Shown piece after piece: positions 37,906-48,230 of a DNA stretch of 64,000 bases. Source of the DNA: an uncultured Bacillales bacterium (lineage in GTDB: Bacteria > Bacillota_I > Bacilli_A > RFN20 > CAG-826); the NCBI GenBank assembly GCA_946612115.1, contig CAMOEI010000006.1, forward strand, positions 11,484 through 75,483, written 5' to 3'. The notes beneath the pieces were generated by a model, which was not told the origin of the DNA, did not search any database, and saw nothing but the letters and a program-made list of their open reading frames with translations. Numbering within the stretch: the stretch's first letter is position 1; each line of letters opens with the position of its first letter. Position numbers and translations under genes: made by a program.

Positions 37906-38771
37906 AATTCTTAGGGATTTACTTCACAGGAACTGGTAATAGTAAAAAGACGATGGAGGTTATAAATAATAACCTTCTTAGTTTAGGTCATTCCCTAGAT
38001 ATGGTGGATGTAATCTCAAATGATATTAGAGATTTAAAAGAATATGACGCCTTAATTATTGTCTATCCGATTTATGGCTTTAACGCGCCTAAACCAATCA
38101 TTCAATATGTGAAGAAACTTAGTAAGTTAGATACTCAAAAACCATGTTTAATCATGAAACAATCTGGTGAGCATTTATTCTGGAACAATGCTTCAAGTTT
38201 GTATCTCACATCTTTGTTAAAAAGAAAAAATATTAGAGTAACAAATGAATACCATTATTTGATGCCATACTCATTTATCTTTAGGCATACAGACTTTATG
38301 GCCTTTCGCATGTATCGCGTTATGCAAGAGTTAATTCCGTTAGACTTAAAGAATTTCTTGGATGGTAAAGAAAGTCATTTAAAGAGGTTCTTCCTTGATC
38401 GATTATTCGCATGGGTATTACGTATCCAGTGGTGGGGTGGAAGATTTAACGGACTATTCTACAAAGTAGAAAAGAACAAGTGTGTTAAATGTATGAAGTG
38501 CGTTAATGATTGTCCTTCTCATAACATTAGATATGACAAAGAAAAGGGCAAATTTATATTTGGCTATCAATGCTTAATGTGCCAAAGATGTGTGATGTAT
38601 TGTCCAAAACACGCGATTAAGGTTGGACTATTTAACTCCTGGAGAGTGGATGTTCCTTATACATTTAAGGAAGCTTCTTATCAAAAAGAAAAACATCCTA
38701 ATTACTGCAAAAAGAATTATATTAAATACTTTGAAACAAGCGAAAAAAGGATTAAAGAAAGTAAGGTATAA
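37902..38771 (+). CDS. flavodoxin-like protein with two C-terminal 4Fe-4S ferredoxin motifs
   Basis: N-terminal GIYFTGTGNS flavodoxin loop. CVKCMKCVNDCP and CLMCQRCVMYCP cysteine clusters. Overlaps the upstream gene by 4 bp (same operon). Confidence 0.65.
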   Translation: MKFLGIYFTGTGNSKKTMEVINNNLLSLGHSLDMVDVISNDIRDLKEYDALIIVYPIYGFNAPKPIIQYVKKLSKLDTQKPCLIMKQSGEHLFWNNASSLYLTSLLKRKNIRVTNEYHYLMPYSFIFRHTDFMAFRMYRVMQELIPLDLKNFLDGKESHLKRFFLDRLFAWVLRIQWWGGRFNGLFYKVEKNKCVKCMKCVNDCPSHNIRYDKEKGKFIFGYQCLMCQRCVMYCPKHAIKVGLFNSWRVDVPYTFKEASYQKEKHPNYCKKNYIKYFETSEKRIKESKV

Positions 38772-38809
38772 TACCTTACTTTTTTCTGGTCTGAACTTCG
38801 TAACAATGT

Positions 38810-39388
38810 TTATTCAATAGACACAACAGCCTTCGCTAATAAGCGACATAGTTTTCTATTGTCTTCCTTTACTTTCTTCTTATTCTTTTTGTTTTTTAGC
38901 TGTTGAGCGTAATATAAGCTAGTTTCATATAATCCTTCAAAACAAAAGATGGATATATAATCACTAGGAATGTCGTATCCACCAATACTAATCAATTCAG
39001 TTATGTATCTACTATAGTTATCGAATAACGCTCTTTTAAATATTTGCAAAGGAAGAGTTTCACCTTTGTAAGTGAGATTAATGATTTGATTATAATGTTT
39101 CGCTACCAAATCATATGTTGCGATTAATGAAAGATATTCAATCTCTTCTAAGTCAGTAACTTCGCTTACTATCTTGTCATATTCAGCATTAAATTCAGTA
39201 TTGATTAAGTTAATAGATGCGATTGCTAATAAAGCGTCCTTGTCTTTGTAGTAATGATAAAACGTCATCTTAGTCTTATTAGCTAAAGCAGAGATTTCGT
39301 TAATAGTGATATCGTGATAGTTCTTCTTTTCTAATAAAGTGAACAACGCTTTTTCAAACTCTTTTGTTGTTTTAGTGTTATCTCTCAT
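38810..39388 (-). CDS. TetR-family transcriptional regulator
   Basis: N-terminal TetR HTH (YHDITINEISALANKTKMTFYHYY). Confidence 0.85.
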   Translation of the reverse strand: MRDNTKTTKEFEKALFTLLEKKNYHDITINEISALANKTKMTFYHYYKDKDALLAIASINLINTEFNAEYDKIVSEVTDLEEIEYLSLIATYDLVAKHYNQIINLTYKGETLPLQIFKRALFDNYSRYITELISIGGYDIPSDYISIFCFEGLYETSLYYAQQLKNKKNKKKVKEDNRKLCRLLAKAVVSIE

Positions 39389-39547
39389 ACATAAAAAGTA
39401 ATCCCATTCTTACTGTAAGTAAACAAAAAACTTTACTTTGAATACTTGGAAGTATAGTTTTGGCATGTTTCTTTTGATTGCGCCTATGTGCGATGTTATT
39501 CTTTACTTGAATTTTGATATTTTGTCTAACAAAAGGGGTAATTTGTT

Positions 39548-42500
39548 ATGAAAAAATCAGTTATTAAAAATATATCGTTACCTATTGCTGGTTTATTAGG
39601 TCTTGGCGTTATAACATTTGGCGCTGTTTCATATAGTGAATATAAAAAAGATAACATTAATGTCGCTTTAGCAGATGAAGGAACTGAATTACCTTCCTCA
39701 GGAGGTGCGTTATCTTCGGGCACTTATTATATAAATACAAATACAACTTTAACTAATTACATAACAGTCGCTAGTGGTAAAAATATTGTTATTAATCTTA
39801 ATGGTTGTTCATTAAGTGCCAACCCTAATTCTACTCAACCTATTGTATATGTTAATGGTGGAACATTAACGGTTAATGGTGATAATGGCAAATTAACTGG
39901 GGGAACGGGTTACTCTAGCAACTTTAAAAGAGGTGGCGCATTTCATCTTGCTTCTGGCAATGTAACAGTTAATAGTTGTAATTTTGAAAATAACACAGCT
40001 GAATATGGCGGAGCCATATATCTAGGTGGAGGCACTATTACTCTTAATGATTGTAAACTATATAACAATACAGCAACTAGTCAATGGGGAGATTATGGCG
40101 CTATCTTTGCTGAAGGCGCAAATTCTAACGCAAGTGTAATTGTTAATGGTGGTGAAATATATTCTAATGATTCAGGAATAATGCTAGCGGGTTGGAAAGA
40201 TAATACATCAAGCGCTCAGCTAAATGGAGTCAATATCCACAACAACCCTAAATATGGTGTTGATGTTAGAGGCGACAATGCTGGTCGCGCTGCTGTAAGT
40301 GTATCTGGCAATACTATTATAGAAAGCAATACATTAGGAAATTTACGTCTACAGGGCAATAGCGCTAGCACCCAACCTAAGTTTAGTGTTGCATCTGAGT
40401 TAGGTGATAATGCATCAATTGGTATCTCTATGGCTCATAAAGGTGTTTTCACCAAAAGCACAGACACATCATTAAATGATGCTAGCAAATTTTTTAGTGA
40501 TGATAGTGGTTATGCAGTCGGCAAGAACGATGATGGGCAATTGTTTTTAGACTCTCCTAAAACAGTTACCTATAGCACCGAACATGGTACTGCACCTGAT
40601 CCTGTAAAAGTTGCCACTGGCTCTACCATTCCTAGCGAACCAATTTCCCCAACTGCGGAAGGATATGATTTCGTTGGTTGGTATAAAGAGAGTACTTTTG
40701 ACAATGCCTGGGATTTTGCTACTGATGTAGTGACATCAGATATAACTTTATATGCAAAATGGCTCACACTACCAACCGCATCTATTACGAAAGGCACAGA
40801 TGTTACATATTATGATAGTTTTGGTGAGGCGTTATCTCACTGGGAAGTTGACTCAATTTTAACCTTGCATAAAGATGTTACAACATCAACCACTATTACA
40901 ATCAATAATAATGTTATTCTTGACCTTAATGGTCATGGTATTAGAATGACTAACACCAACACTAGATTGTTCTATATCAATAGTGGTAAAACATTAACTG
41001 TTAATGATAGTAACTCAACCCACGCTCACGCAGTAACTCTTTCAGGCTGGCGTGGTACAGCTGTCACTGATGGAACTGGAACAAGTTCTGTGAATAATGG
41101 TAGTGGTACAGCTTATATCACTGGCGGATATATCACTGGTGGGTATTCAACTAGTAGTTCTGTAAAAGAAGGTTTAGCTTTCTATATCAATGGTGGCACC
41201 CTCGTTTTAAATGGCGGAAATATTATTGGTAACTATGTTAAGGTTACAAACAATTCTGGTGCCGGTGTTTATATGACAGGCGGAGCTCATCTAAGCATGT
41301 ATGACGGAGCAGCGCTTATATATAACTATGCTCAAAATTCGGCCGCTGCAATTGAAGCAGTTAACTCTTATGTCGAAATTTATGGCGGCACTATCGCACA
41401 TAATAGAAATGACTGGGGAGATGGAGTTGCAATTTCTGCCGCTGGAGCCACTTCAATCAAATTATATGGTGGTGTCATTGAGGACAATAGCACTAAAAAT
41501 AATGGAGCTATTAGCCTTGCCCGTTATAGCTTGTCGGCTGATCAATACTTCGGAATTAAAGGATCACCGACTGTCACTAATAATTATTCTTGGAATAATA
41601 ACAATAATCCTGCAAACATCAATCTCTATACAAAAGCTCATATTGAAGGAGCATTAACCAATACAGAAAAGATTGGCATTAATCTCCATAGTAAAGGCGC
41701 TGGCAATATATGGAATAACGGTACTGGCTGTTTTACTATCGGTTGGTCGACTTATATGGAGGGGAAAGATCCTAGAGATTATTTCTTTAGTGATAAATCA
41801 GATTACATTATTGGATTAAATGCAGAAGGAGAAGTAGTTTTAGACTCTCCTAAAACAGTTACCTATATCACTGAACATGGTACCGCTCCTGATTCAGCTA
41901 CAGTTGCGTCTGGTTCTATTATTCTAGATGAACCAACTGAACCAACTGAAGGAGACTATGTTTTCGGTGGTTGGTATAAAGAGAGTACCTTTGAAAATGC
42001 CTGGGATTTCACCACTGATGTAGTGACATCAGATATAACTTTATATGCTAAATGGTATGATCCCGCGACTCTCAATGTTATTAAATTAATTAATGATATT
42101 GGTGAAATTACATATGATGGCGGAGTCGATGACTCTCAAAACGATATCATTGCAGCAAAAACCGCTTACGATGCTTTAACTCCAGGACAACAAGCAGATG
42201 TCGGTGGAACTAATAAAGATATTTTGGATCACGATATTGTGACTTATAACCATGTTGATAATGCTGGAGATTTAATTAAAGCTATTCCTGAGGCTAGTGA
42301 TTCTCAAGAATATTATGATGCAGTTGTTGCTGCTGAAGCAGCATATAAAGCTTTAACCGATGAAGAAAAAGCTATTTTAAATGCTGATCCTAACTTTGAT
42401 TATTTAAAGGCATTAAATGATAATGTCACCGCTAAAGAAGTTATCGAACTCATCAAAGATATTGGAGAAGTAACTTACAAAGGTGGTCAAGATGATTCTA

Positions 42501-45325
42501 AAGATGATATTAATAATGCCTTAAATGCGTATAACAATTTAACTGACGATCAAAAGGCAATCGTTGATAACGTTAATAAAGATGATTTAGATGACGCAAA
42601 AGAAACATATGATGATGTTGATGATGCAATTAAACTAATTGAATCTATCGGTGATGTCTCTCATGGTGGAGCATCTGATTCTCAAGAAGCGATTGAAGCC
42701 GCTAGAGAAGCATATGATTCTTTATCTGATGAACAAAAAGCTTTAGTGGATTCATATAATGATTCTGGTAAGACCTTACAAGATGATGAAGCTGTCTATG
42801 AAGCGATGGAAGCAATTGACGCTATTGGTGATGTCAGTTATGACTCAGATAGCGAAGAAACTGTCGCTCACGCTAGAGAAGTCTATGATTCATTAACCGA
42901 TGATCAAAAAGCTCAACTTGGTGAAGCTTATGTCAAGATTCTCACCGATGCTGAAAGCAAATATTCTTCTTTAGGACAAAAAGGTGACATCTTATTTATC
43001 ATTTTGATTATTGTTGCTTCACTTGCTCTTATCGGTGGCTTAGTCTTCTTATTCTTCCTCATTAAAAAGAAAAAGAATAAAGATGACGATGACCAAAATA
43101 ATGGAAACCTTAAAAAAGGACAACCAGCAAAAGCTTATTCCTTTGGTGGTTTACTCCCATTAGTGGTTTTAGTGAGTCACTATCTAGATACCAAATACAT
43201 CATCCTTTATGTTGTTGCAGGACTTGCGGTGCTCGTTTGGATTTCTTGCCTTGTTCTTTTCTTAACTAAAAAGAAGGCTAAAGCCGCTATACAAGTTAAA
43301 GATGATGTAAAAGTGGAGGAGAATGCATTACCACAAAATGAAGATGAAGAAGAAGTGGTGACAGTCACTGATGAAAAAGGAAACATCTTCCAAATCAGAT
43401 TCATTAAATCATTCACTGCAAAACTTATTCAATCTCCTAAAGAAACTAAAAAGTATTATGAAGAACTTAAAAATGAAGTTCTCTCTTATAAAAAGACTAA
43501 TACGAGAGTTAGTTGGCATTATGATGCGATTAACTCTGGTAGAAATTATGTTCTTAAATTTGCAGTTAGAGGAAAAACACTTTGTGTTTATTTCCCTCTT
43601 AATGCAGATGATTACGTTGATTCTAAATATAAAGTCGAAAAGTCCGAAAGCAAGAGATACGAAGATGTTCCTTGCTTATATCGAATCAAAAACGATCGAA
43701 GACTTGGCTATGCAAAAGAACTTATTGCGGTGGTCGCTAATAAGCTTGGCCTAGAAAAAGGCGAAGAACAACATGAAGTTTACTCTAATCTTCCTTATGA
43801 GCCGAATAAACCACTTATTGCTAGAGGTTTAATCAAAGAACTTAAGATTCAAGTCAATAAACCAATAGAGCAAGTTCTTGAAACTAAAGTCAATAGCGAG
43901 GGCGATGAGATTGTTGTCAGTAAGGACGAAAAAGGAAATATCTTTGAGATTAGATTTGTGAAGTCGTTCACTGCGAAGCTCATCCAGTCACCAGAAGAAA
44001 CGAAGAAATATTACGAAGAGCTTAAGAATTATGTTCTCTCATATAAGAAAACAACTTCTAGAGTTTCTTGGCATTATGATTCAATTAATTCTGGTAGAAA
44101 CCAAGTCTTGAAGTTTGCGGTTAGAGGTAAAACACTTTGTGTTTATTACCCACTTAATGCGGATAGTTACTCCGAAAGTAAATATAAAGTTGAAAAAGTG
44201 GAGTCTAAGAAGTTCGAAGATGTTCCTTGCCTTTATAGGATTAAGAATGATCGAAGACTTGGCTACGCAAAAGAATTGATCGATGTTGTTTGTGAATCTC
44301 TCGGCTTAGTTAGAGGTGAAGAGCAACATGAAAGTTACGCCAATCTTCCATATGAACCAAATAGACCATTAATCGCTAGGGGTTTAATCAAAGAACTAAA
44401 AGTTCAGGTTAATAGACCAAGCGAACCAGAAGTGTTAGAAAGTAAGACTAACATAGAAGGCGATGAAATTGTGGTCACTAAAGATGCATCTGGCAACATC
44501 TTTGAAATCAGATACATCAAATCGTTTACTGCTAAACTATCTCAATCCAGTGATGAAGTTAAAGACTACTACACCGAGCTTAAAAATTACGCGCTTTCAT
44601 ATAAAAAAGCTAATTCTAGAGTAAGCTGGCACTATGACTCAGTTAATGTTGGTAGGAACCAAGTTCTTAAATTCTCTATTAGAGGAAAGACTTTATGTCT
44701 CTATTATGCATTAGACGCTGAGAGATATGCGGACAGCAAATACAAGGTAGAGAAAGTCGAATCTAAGAAGTTTGAAGATGTCCCTTGCTTATATCGAATC
44801 AAAAACGATCGAAGAAGAGACTACGCAAAAGAACTCATCGATGTGGTGATGGAGAGAGTTGGAGCGGTTAAAGGTGAGGAGCCAAACGAAGATTATCGCA
44901 TTCCATATGAAAAGACTAATGTTCTCTTAGGAAAAGGTCTCATCAAAGAAGTGAAAACTAAAGTTAATAATCCTGAACCAAAGTCTGTAGAAGTTCATGA
45001 ATCAATCACTGCGATAGAAGCAGACATTAAAATGTCTGATGAAAAAGCTGAATCTTTGATTGAAGAGAGTAATGAAACTTCTAGTAGAGGTGGTAAAAAA
45101 GAGATTATTAATATCGACACACTCTCAGAGCATTATCAAGATGGTGATGAAGTCACCTTAGATTCATTGATAAAAAAGAAACTCGTGTCTAATAAAGCCG
45201 GATATATCAAGGTTTTAGCAAGAGGCACATTAGATAAAAAACTAACAGTGGTTTTAAATGATTTCTCACTCCAAGCTGTTAAGATGATCGTTCTTGTCGG
45301 CGGAAAAGTGAAGAAAGTCAGATAA
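39548..45325 (+). CDS. giant surface protein: beta-helix, Listeria-Bacteroides repeats, ~45-aa repeats, 3 TM segments, cytoplasmic tail with three ~187-aa repeats and a uL15-like C-terminal domain
   Basis: Signal/anchor sequence. Parallel beta-helix-like Gly/Asn-rich repeats. Two Flg_new repeats (GWYKESTF.NAWDF.TDVVTSDITLYAKW). Six DIGEVTY.GG.DDS... repeats. Hydrophobic segments at aa ~1150-1250. Three repeats beginning DEKGNIF(E/Q)IRF(I/V)KSFTAKL. The last ~75 aa align with the C-terminal half of bacterial RplO (INID..GDEVT...AGYIKVLARGTLDKKLTV...FS..A......GG). Confidence 0.8.
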   Translation: MKKSVIKNISLPIAGLLGLGVITFGAVSYSEYKKDNINVALADEGTELPSSGGALSSGTYYINTNTTLTNYITVASGKNIVINLNGCSLSANPNSTQPIVYVNGGTLTVNGDNGKLTGGTGYSSNFKRGGAFHLASGNVTVNSCNFENNTAEYGGAIYLGGGTITLNDCKLYNNTATSQWGDYGAIFAEGANSNASVIVNGGEIYSNDSGIMLAGWKDNTSSAQLNGVNIHNNPKYGVDVRGDNAGRAAVSVSGNTIIESNTLGNLRLQGNSASTQPKFSVASELGDNASIGISMAHKGVFTKSTDTSLNDASKFFSDDSGYAVGKNDDGQLFLDSPKTVTYSTEHGTAPDPVKVATGSTIPSEPISPTAEGYDFVGWYKESTFDNAWDFATDVVTSDITLYAKWLTLPTASITKGTDVTYYDSFGEALSHWEVDSILTLHKDVTTSTTITINNNVILDLNGHGIRMTNTNTRLFYINSGKTLTVNDSNSTHAHAVTLSGWRGTAVTDGTGTSSVNNGSGTAYITGGYITGGYSTSSSVKEGLAFYINGGTLVLNGGNIIGNYVKVTNNSGAGVYMTGGAHLSMYDGAALIYNYAQNSAAAIEAVNSYVEIYGGTIAHNRNDWGDGVAISAAGATSIKLYGGVIEDNSTKNNGAISLARYSLSADQYFGIKGSPTVTNNYSWNNNNNPANINLYTKAHIEGALTNTEKIGINLHSKGAGNIWNNGTGCFTIGWSTYMEGKDPRDYFFSDKSDYIIGLNAEGEVVLDSPKTVTYITEHGTAPDSATVASGSIILDEPTEPTEGDYVFGGWYKESTFENAWDFTTDVVTSDITLYAKWYDPATLNVIKLINDIGEITYDGGVDDSQNDIIAAKTAYDALTPGQQADVGGTNKDILDHDIVTYNHVDNAGDLIKAIPEASDSQEYYDAVVAAEAAYKALTDEEKAILNADPNFDYLKALNDNVTAKEVIELIKDIGEVTYKGGQDDSKDDINNALNAYNNLTDDQKAIVDNVNKDDLDDAKETYDDVDDAIKLIESIGDVSHGGASDSQEAIEAAREAYDSLSDEQKALVDSYNDSGKTLQDDEAVYEAMEAIDAIGDVSYDSDSEETVAHAREVYDSLTDDQKAQLGEAYVKILTDAESKYSSLGQKGDILFIILIIVASLALIGGLVFLFFLIKKKKNKDDDDQNNGNLKKGQPAKAYSFGGLLPLVVLVSHYLDTKYIILYVVAGLAVLVWISCLVLFLTKKKAKAAIQVKDDVKVEENALPQNEDEEEVVTVTDEKGNIFQIRFIKSFTAKLIQSPKETKKYYEELKNEVLSYKKTNTRVSWHYDAINSGRNYVLKFAVRGKTLCVYFPLNADDYVDSKYKVEKSESKRYEDVPCLYRIKNDRRLGYAKELIAVVANKLGLEKGEEQHEVYSNLPYEPNKPLIARGLIKELKIQVNKPIEQVLETKVNSEGDEIVVSKDEKGNIFEIRFVKSFTAKLIQSPEETKKYYEELKNYVLSYKKTTSRVSWHYDSINSGRNQVLKFAVRGKTLCVYYPLNADSYSESKYKVEKVESKKFEDVPCLYRIKNDRRLGYAKELIDVVCESLGLVRGEEQHESYANLPYEPNRPLIARGLIKELKVQVNRPSEPEVLESKTNIEGDEIVVTKDASGNIFEIRYIKSFTAKLSQSSDEVKDYYTELKNYALSYKKANSRVSWHYDSVNVGRNQVLKFSIRGKTLCLYYALDAERYADSKYKVEKVESKKFEDVPCLYRIKNDRRRDYAKELIDVVMERVGAVKGEEPNEDYRIPYEKTNVLLGKGLIKEVKTKVNNPEPKSVEVHESITAIEADIKMSDEKAESLIEESNETSSRGGKKEIINIDTLSEHYQDGDEVTLDSLIKKKLVSNKAGYIKVLARGTLDKKLTVVLNDFSLQAVKMIVLVGGKVKKVR

Positions 45326-45345
45326 AAATATAAAGGAGAAATTTT

Positions 45346-46374
45346 ATGAAAAGTAAAAACAAAAAAGTATCACTATTTGAAAAGATCTTTGGCTATGTCT
45401 TTTTAGGCCTACTCGTAGTCTATGTGGTCTTATTCGCTTTTGGAAAGTGGATTTTCCCTGCAAATAGCAGTTTCTATCGCAGCTTAAATCTATTCTCAGG
45501 AGCAGGAGATCCAAATGTCTTTGTAAGAATTTTAAGTTATTCATTCTTTATCTTTGGCATTAGCTTTGTCCTACGAATGTTATTAGGCTTTTGCTTACCA
45601 TTATTAAAGAAAACCAGAGGTTTATTAACAATTCTTATCTCTGTTATCAAATACGCTGCTGTATTAGTCTGGCTATTCTTTGTTTTATCTAGCTTTGGAG
45701 TTAATACCACAGTTATCTTAGCAGGTATTGGAATCGTTTCCTTAATTGTTGGCTTAGCCATTCAACCATTACTCTCAGATATTATTGCTGGTTTATTCAT
45801 CGTCTTTGAAGATGTCTTCAACGTTGGCGATGTTATCGTCGCTGATGGATTTAGAGGCGAAGTTATTGAAATCGGTATGAGACACACTCAACTCAAAGAC
45901 GCTGGCGGAAATATCAAAGTTATTAATAACTCTGATATCCGTAGCATGGTTAACTTAACTGACCAATTATCTTTAGTTTCCATCGATATGTCGATTGAAT
46001 ATGGTGAATCACTTGAAAGAGTGGAAGCTATCATCGCTCAAAACATTGATGAAATTAAGAAATCCATTCCAAAAATTGTTGAAGGACCTTTCTATAAAGG
46101 CGTTTCTTCTTTAGGAGATTCTTCTGTTAACTTAAGATTCTTTGCAACGTGTGAAGAAAACGATCGCTTCCAAGTTGAAAGAGACTTAAATAGAGCCTTT
46201 AAACTCTTATTTGATAAGAACAATATCAATATTCCATTCCCACAAGTGGTGGTCAATCAACCAGTTTCTTTTGAGAATGCAACTTCTAAAGATAAGAAAA
46301 TCGCTGAAGCGTTTGTTAACGAACAAAAAGAAGTTTCTGGCAATTTAGAAGAAGTAAATACAGATATTAAATAA
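45346..46374 (+). CDS. MscS-family mechanosensitive channel
   Basis: Three N-terminal TM helices plus the conserved MscS beta-domain (GDVIVADGFRGEVIEIGMRHTQLKDAGGNIKVINNSDI). Confidence 0.85.
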   Translation: MKSKNKKVSLFEKIFGYVFLGLLVVYVVLFAFGKWIFPANSSFYRSLNLFSGAGDPNVFVRILSYSFFIFGISFVLRMLLGFCLPLLKKTRGLLTILISVIKYAAVLVWLFFVLSSFGVNTTVILAGIGIVSLIVGLAIQPLLSDIIAGLFIVFEDVFNVGDVIVADGFRGEVIEIGMRHTQLKDAGGNIKVINNSDIRSMVNLTDQLSLVSIDMSIEYGESLERVEAIIAQNIDEIKKSIPKIVEGPFYKGVSSLGDSSVNLRFFATCEENDRFQVERDLNRAFKLLFDKNNINIPFPQVVVNQPVSFENATSKDKKIAEAFVNEQKEVSGNLEEVNTDIK

Positions 46375-46376
46375 TC

Positions 46377-48029
46377 ATGAATCAAGAAAAAAACGTTTTT
46401 AAAATTGATAATGAAGGCGGAATCTATAAGGCTGAAGAGATAAACAAGATTCAGCAAGGTAGAGAATATTTTCATCATGACCAAGAACGTTTCTCTTCAT
46501 CCGAAAAATTTGATAATTCTAAAGAATTAAATGATTTCTCTTCTGATATTGAGAAAAAAGAGGAGAAAGAGATTAAACATCAAAACACTAACGCCTCTAG
46601 TGGCGCTAGCGGAGCAAGTAGTGCTGGAAGTGCTGCTGGAGCGGTTTCTGGAGTTGGAGCAACTGTTGCTCTTCCTGGAATTGTTGTCTCTTTAGTTGGC
46701 GCGGTCGCGGTTATTGGAGTGACTACTGGAATTATTCCTACCCCTCCAACCAATCACGTCTCCGTCTTTATGTCTAGAAGCACAGAGTTAGGATTTGAAA
46801 TTGATCGCGATCCGAATAAGAGCTATGTGATGTATCTTTACAATGAAGAAAACTCTTATTTTGAGGCTGTTGATTTTATCGACCAAATCGTCTTTACTGA
46901 TTTACTTCCTAACACTGTTTATAACTTGACTGTTTACGATACAAGCGTTGATCCAAATGCTCTAGTGTATTCTGGTAATTATTTAACTGCTTCACACGAT
47001 GATTGTTCTTCTAGTGTCACTGCTAGTGAGGTAGAAGATGGTTATTTAACATTAAATGTTGAATATGAAGGTGAAAACATCGAATTCGTTACAATCTACG
47101 TTATCGGTGATGACAATGAAGTTATCTATACATATGAAGGCGCTCCTGTGAGTGAATTAACCGTCAATGTTGAGGGTTATCAAAATGTCACCTGCCAGAT
47201 TTCCGTTAACGGACAAGTAACTGAATTTGAACACCTTGTTTCCCCTGGTGAAATCGTTCATGTTCAAAGTGTTAATTTAAGTGAAGCTTCTTTAGAATTA
47301 GGAGTTGGCGAAACAAAAACTGTTACCGCAACCGTGTTACCGGAAAATGCGACGAATAAGGAACTTATTTGGTCTAGTAGTAATAATTCCGTTGCCACAG
47401 TGGAAAACGGGCTTATTACCGCCTTAAAAGAAGGAAAAACCACTATTACAGTTAAATCAAAAGATGGTTATAAATCATCTTCGTTAGAATTAACTGTTAA
47501 TAAGAAACCTTCTATCATCCATGTTGAATCTATTTCATTAGATGAAACAGAACTTAATATGCTAACTGGTGATAGAGCCACTCTTTCTGCGACTGTCCTA
47601 CCAGATAACGCAAAAAATAAATCTGTTACCTGGAGTAGTAGTGATGAAAGTGTTGCCACTGTTAATAATAAAGGAAGAGTAACCGCAGTTGGAGCAGGAA
47701 CAGCGACAATTACTGCTACTAGTGTAGATGGTGGGTTTACCGCCATATGTACTATTAATGTTACTCAAAAGAATGTTCCAGTCGTTGGCGTGAGCTTAAA
47801 CGTTGATGAATTAGAAATTAATGTTGGTGAAACCAGTTCATTAGTGGCGTCAGTCTTACCAGTTAACGCTACTAATAAAGGAGTGATTTGGTCTATCGCT
47901 GATGAGGAAGTCGCTAGTGTTGACGAAAACGGAAAAGTAACTGCGCTTAAAGTCGGTGAAACTGTGATCACTGTTACAACTCTTGATGGCGGTTATAAAG
48001 ACTACTGTATAATCAAAGTAACTGCTTAA
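46377..48029 (+). CDS. membrane protein with four extracellular Big_2 (bacterial Ig-like) domains
   Basis: Cytoplasmic N-terminus, one Gly/Ala-rich TM segment, and four repeats with the Big_2 signature (A.VLP.NATNK...WSSS...VATV...G.VTA...G.ATITA). Confidence 0.7.
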   Translation: MNQEKNVFKIDNEGGIYKAEEINKIQQGREYFHHDQERFSSSEKFDNSKELNDFSSDIEKKEEKEIKHQNTNASSGASGASSAGSAAGAVSGVGATVALPGIVVSLVGAVAVIGVTTGIIPTPPTNHVSVFMSRSTELGFEIDRDPNKSYVMYLYNEENSYFEAVDFIDQIVFTDLLPNTVYNLTVYDTSVDPNALVYSGNYLTASHDDCSSSVTASEVEDGYLTLNVEYEGENIEFVTIYVIGDDNEVIYTYEGAPVSELTVNVEGYQNVTCQISVNGQVTEFEHLVSPGEIVHVQSVNLSEASLELGVGETKTVTATVLPENATNKELIWSSSNNSVATVENGLITALKEGKTTITVKSKDGYKSSSLELTVNKKPSIIHVESISLDETELNMLTGDRATLSATVLPDNAKNKSVTWSSSDESVATVNNKGRVTAVGAGTATITATSVDGGFTAICTINVTQKNVPVVGVSLNVDELEINVGETSSLVASVLPVNATNKGVIWSIADEEVASVDENGKVTALKVGETVITVTTLDGGYKDYCIIKVTA

Positions 48030-48052
48030 TAAATTTATTATTAAAGCAATCA

Positions 48053-48080
48053 GGCCTCTTCGGAGGTCTTTTCTTGTACC
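48053..48080 (+). terminator. intrinsic terminator (third copy of the AGGCCUC-loop-GAGGUCU terminator module)
   Basis: caGGCCTCTTCGGAGGTCTTTTCTTGT matches 26 of 27 positions with the terminators of the repeated elements at 1088-1112 and 3161-3187. Confidence 0.6.
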
Positions 48081-48188
48081 TCAAACAAGATTAAAACAAA
48101 AAACTGAAAATTTTTAATATTAACTAATTCTTTGAATTAAAAAATATTAATAAAAATTATTTTTAAAAAAATCAAAAAAATACCCTAT

Positions 48189-48209
48189 GGAAAATACATA
48201 GTATTTTCC
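48189..48209 (+). promoter_or_regulatory. perfect 9-bp inverted repeat operator GGAAAATAC-ata-GTATTTTCC abutting a TATAAT -10
   Basis: The palindrome lies immediately upstream of TATAAT (48214-48219) and the RBS AGGAGG of the KilA-N gene. Confidence 0.45.
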
Positions 48210-48230
48210 TAAATATAATAGGAGGTATTT

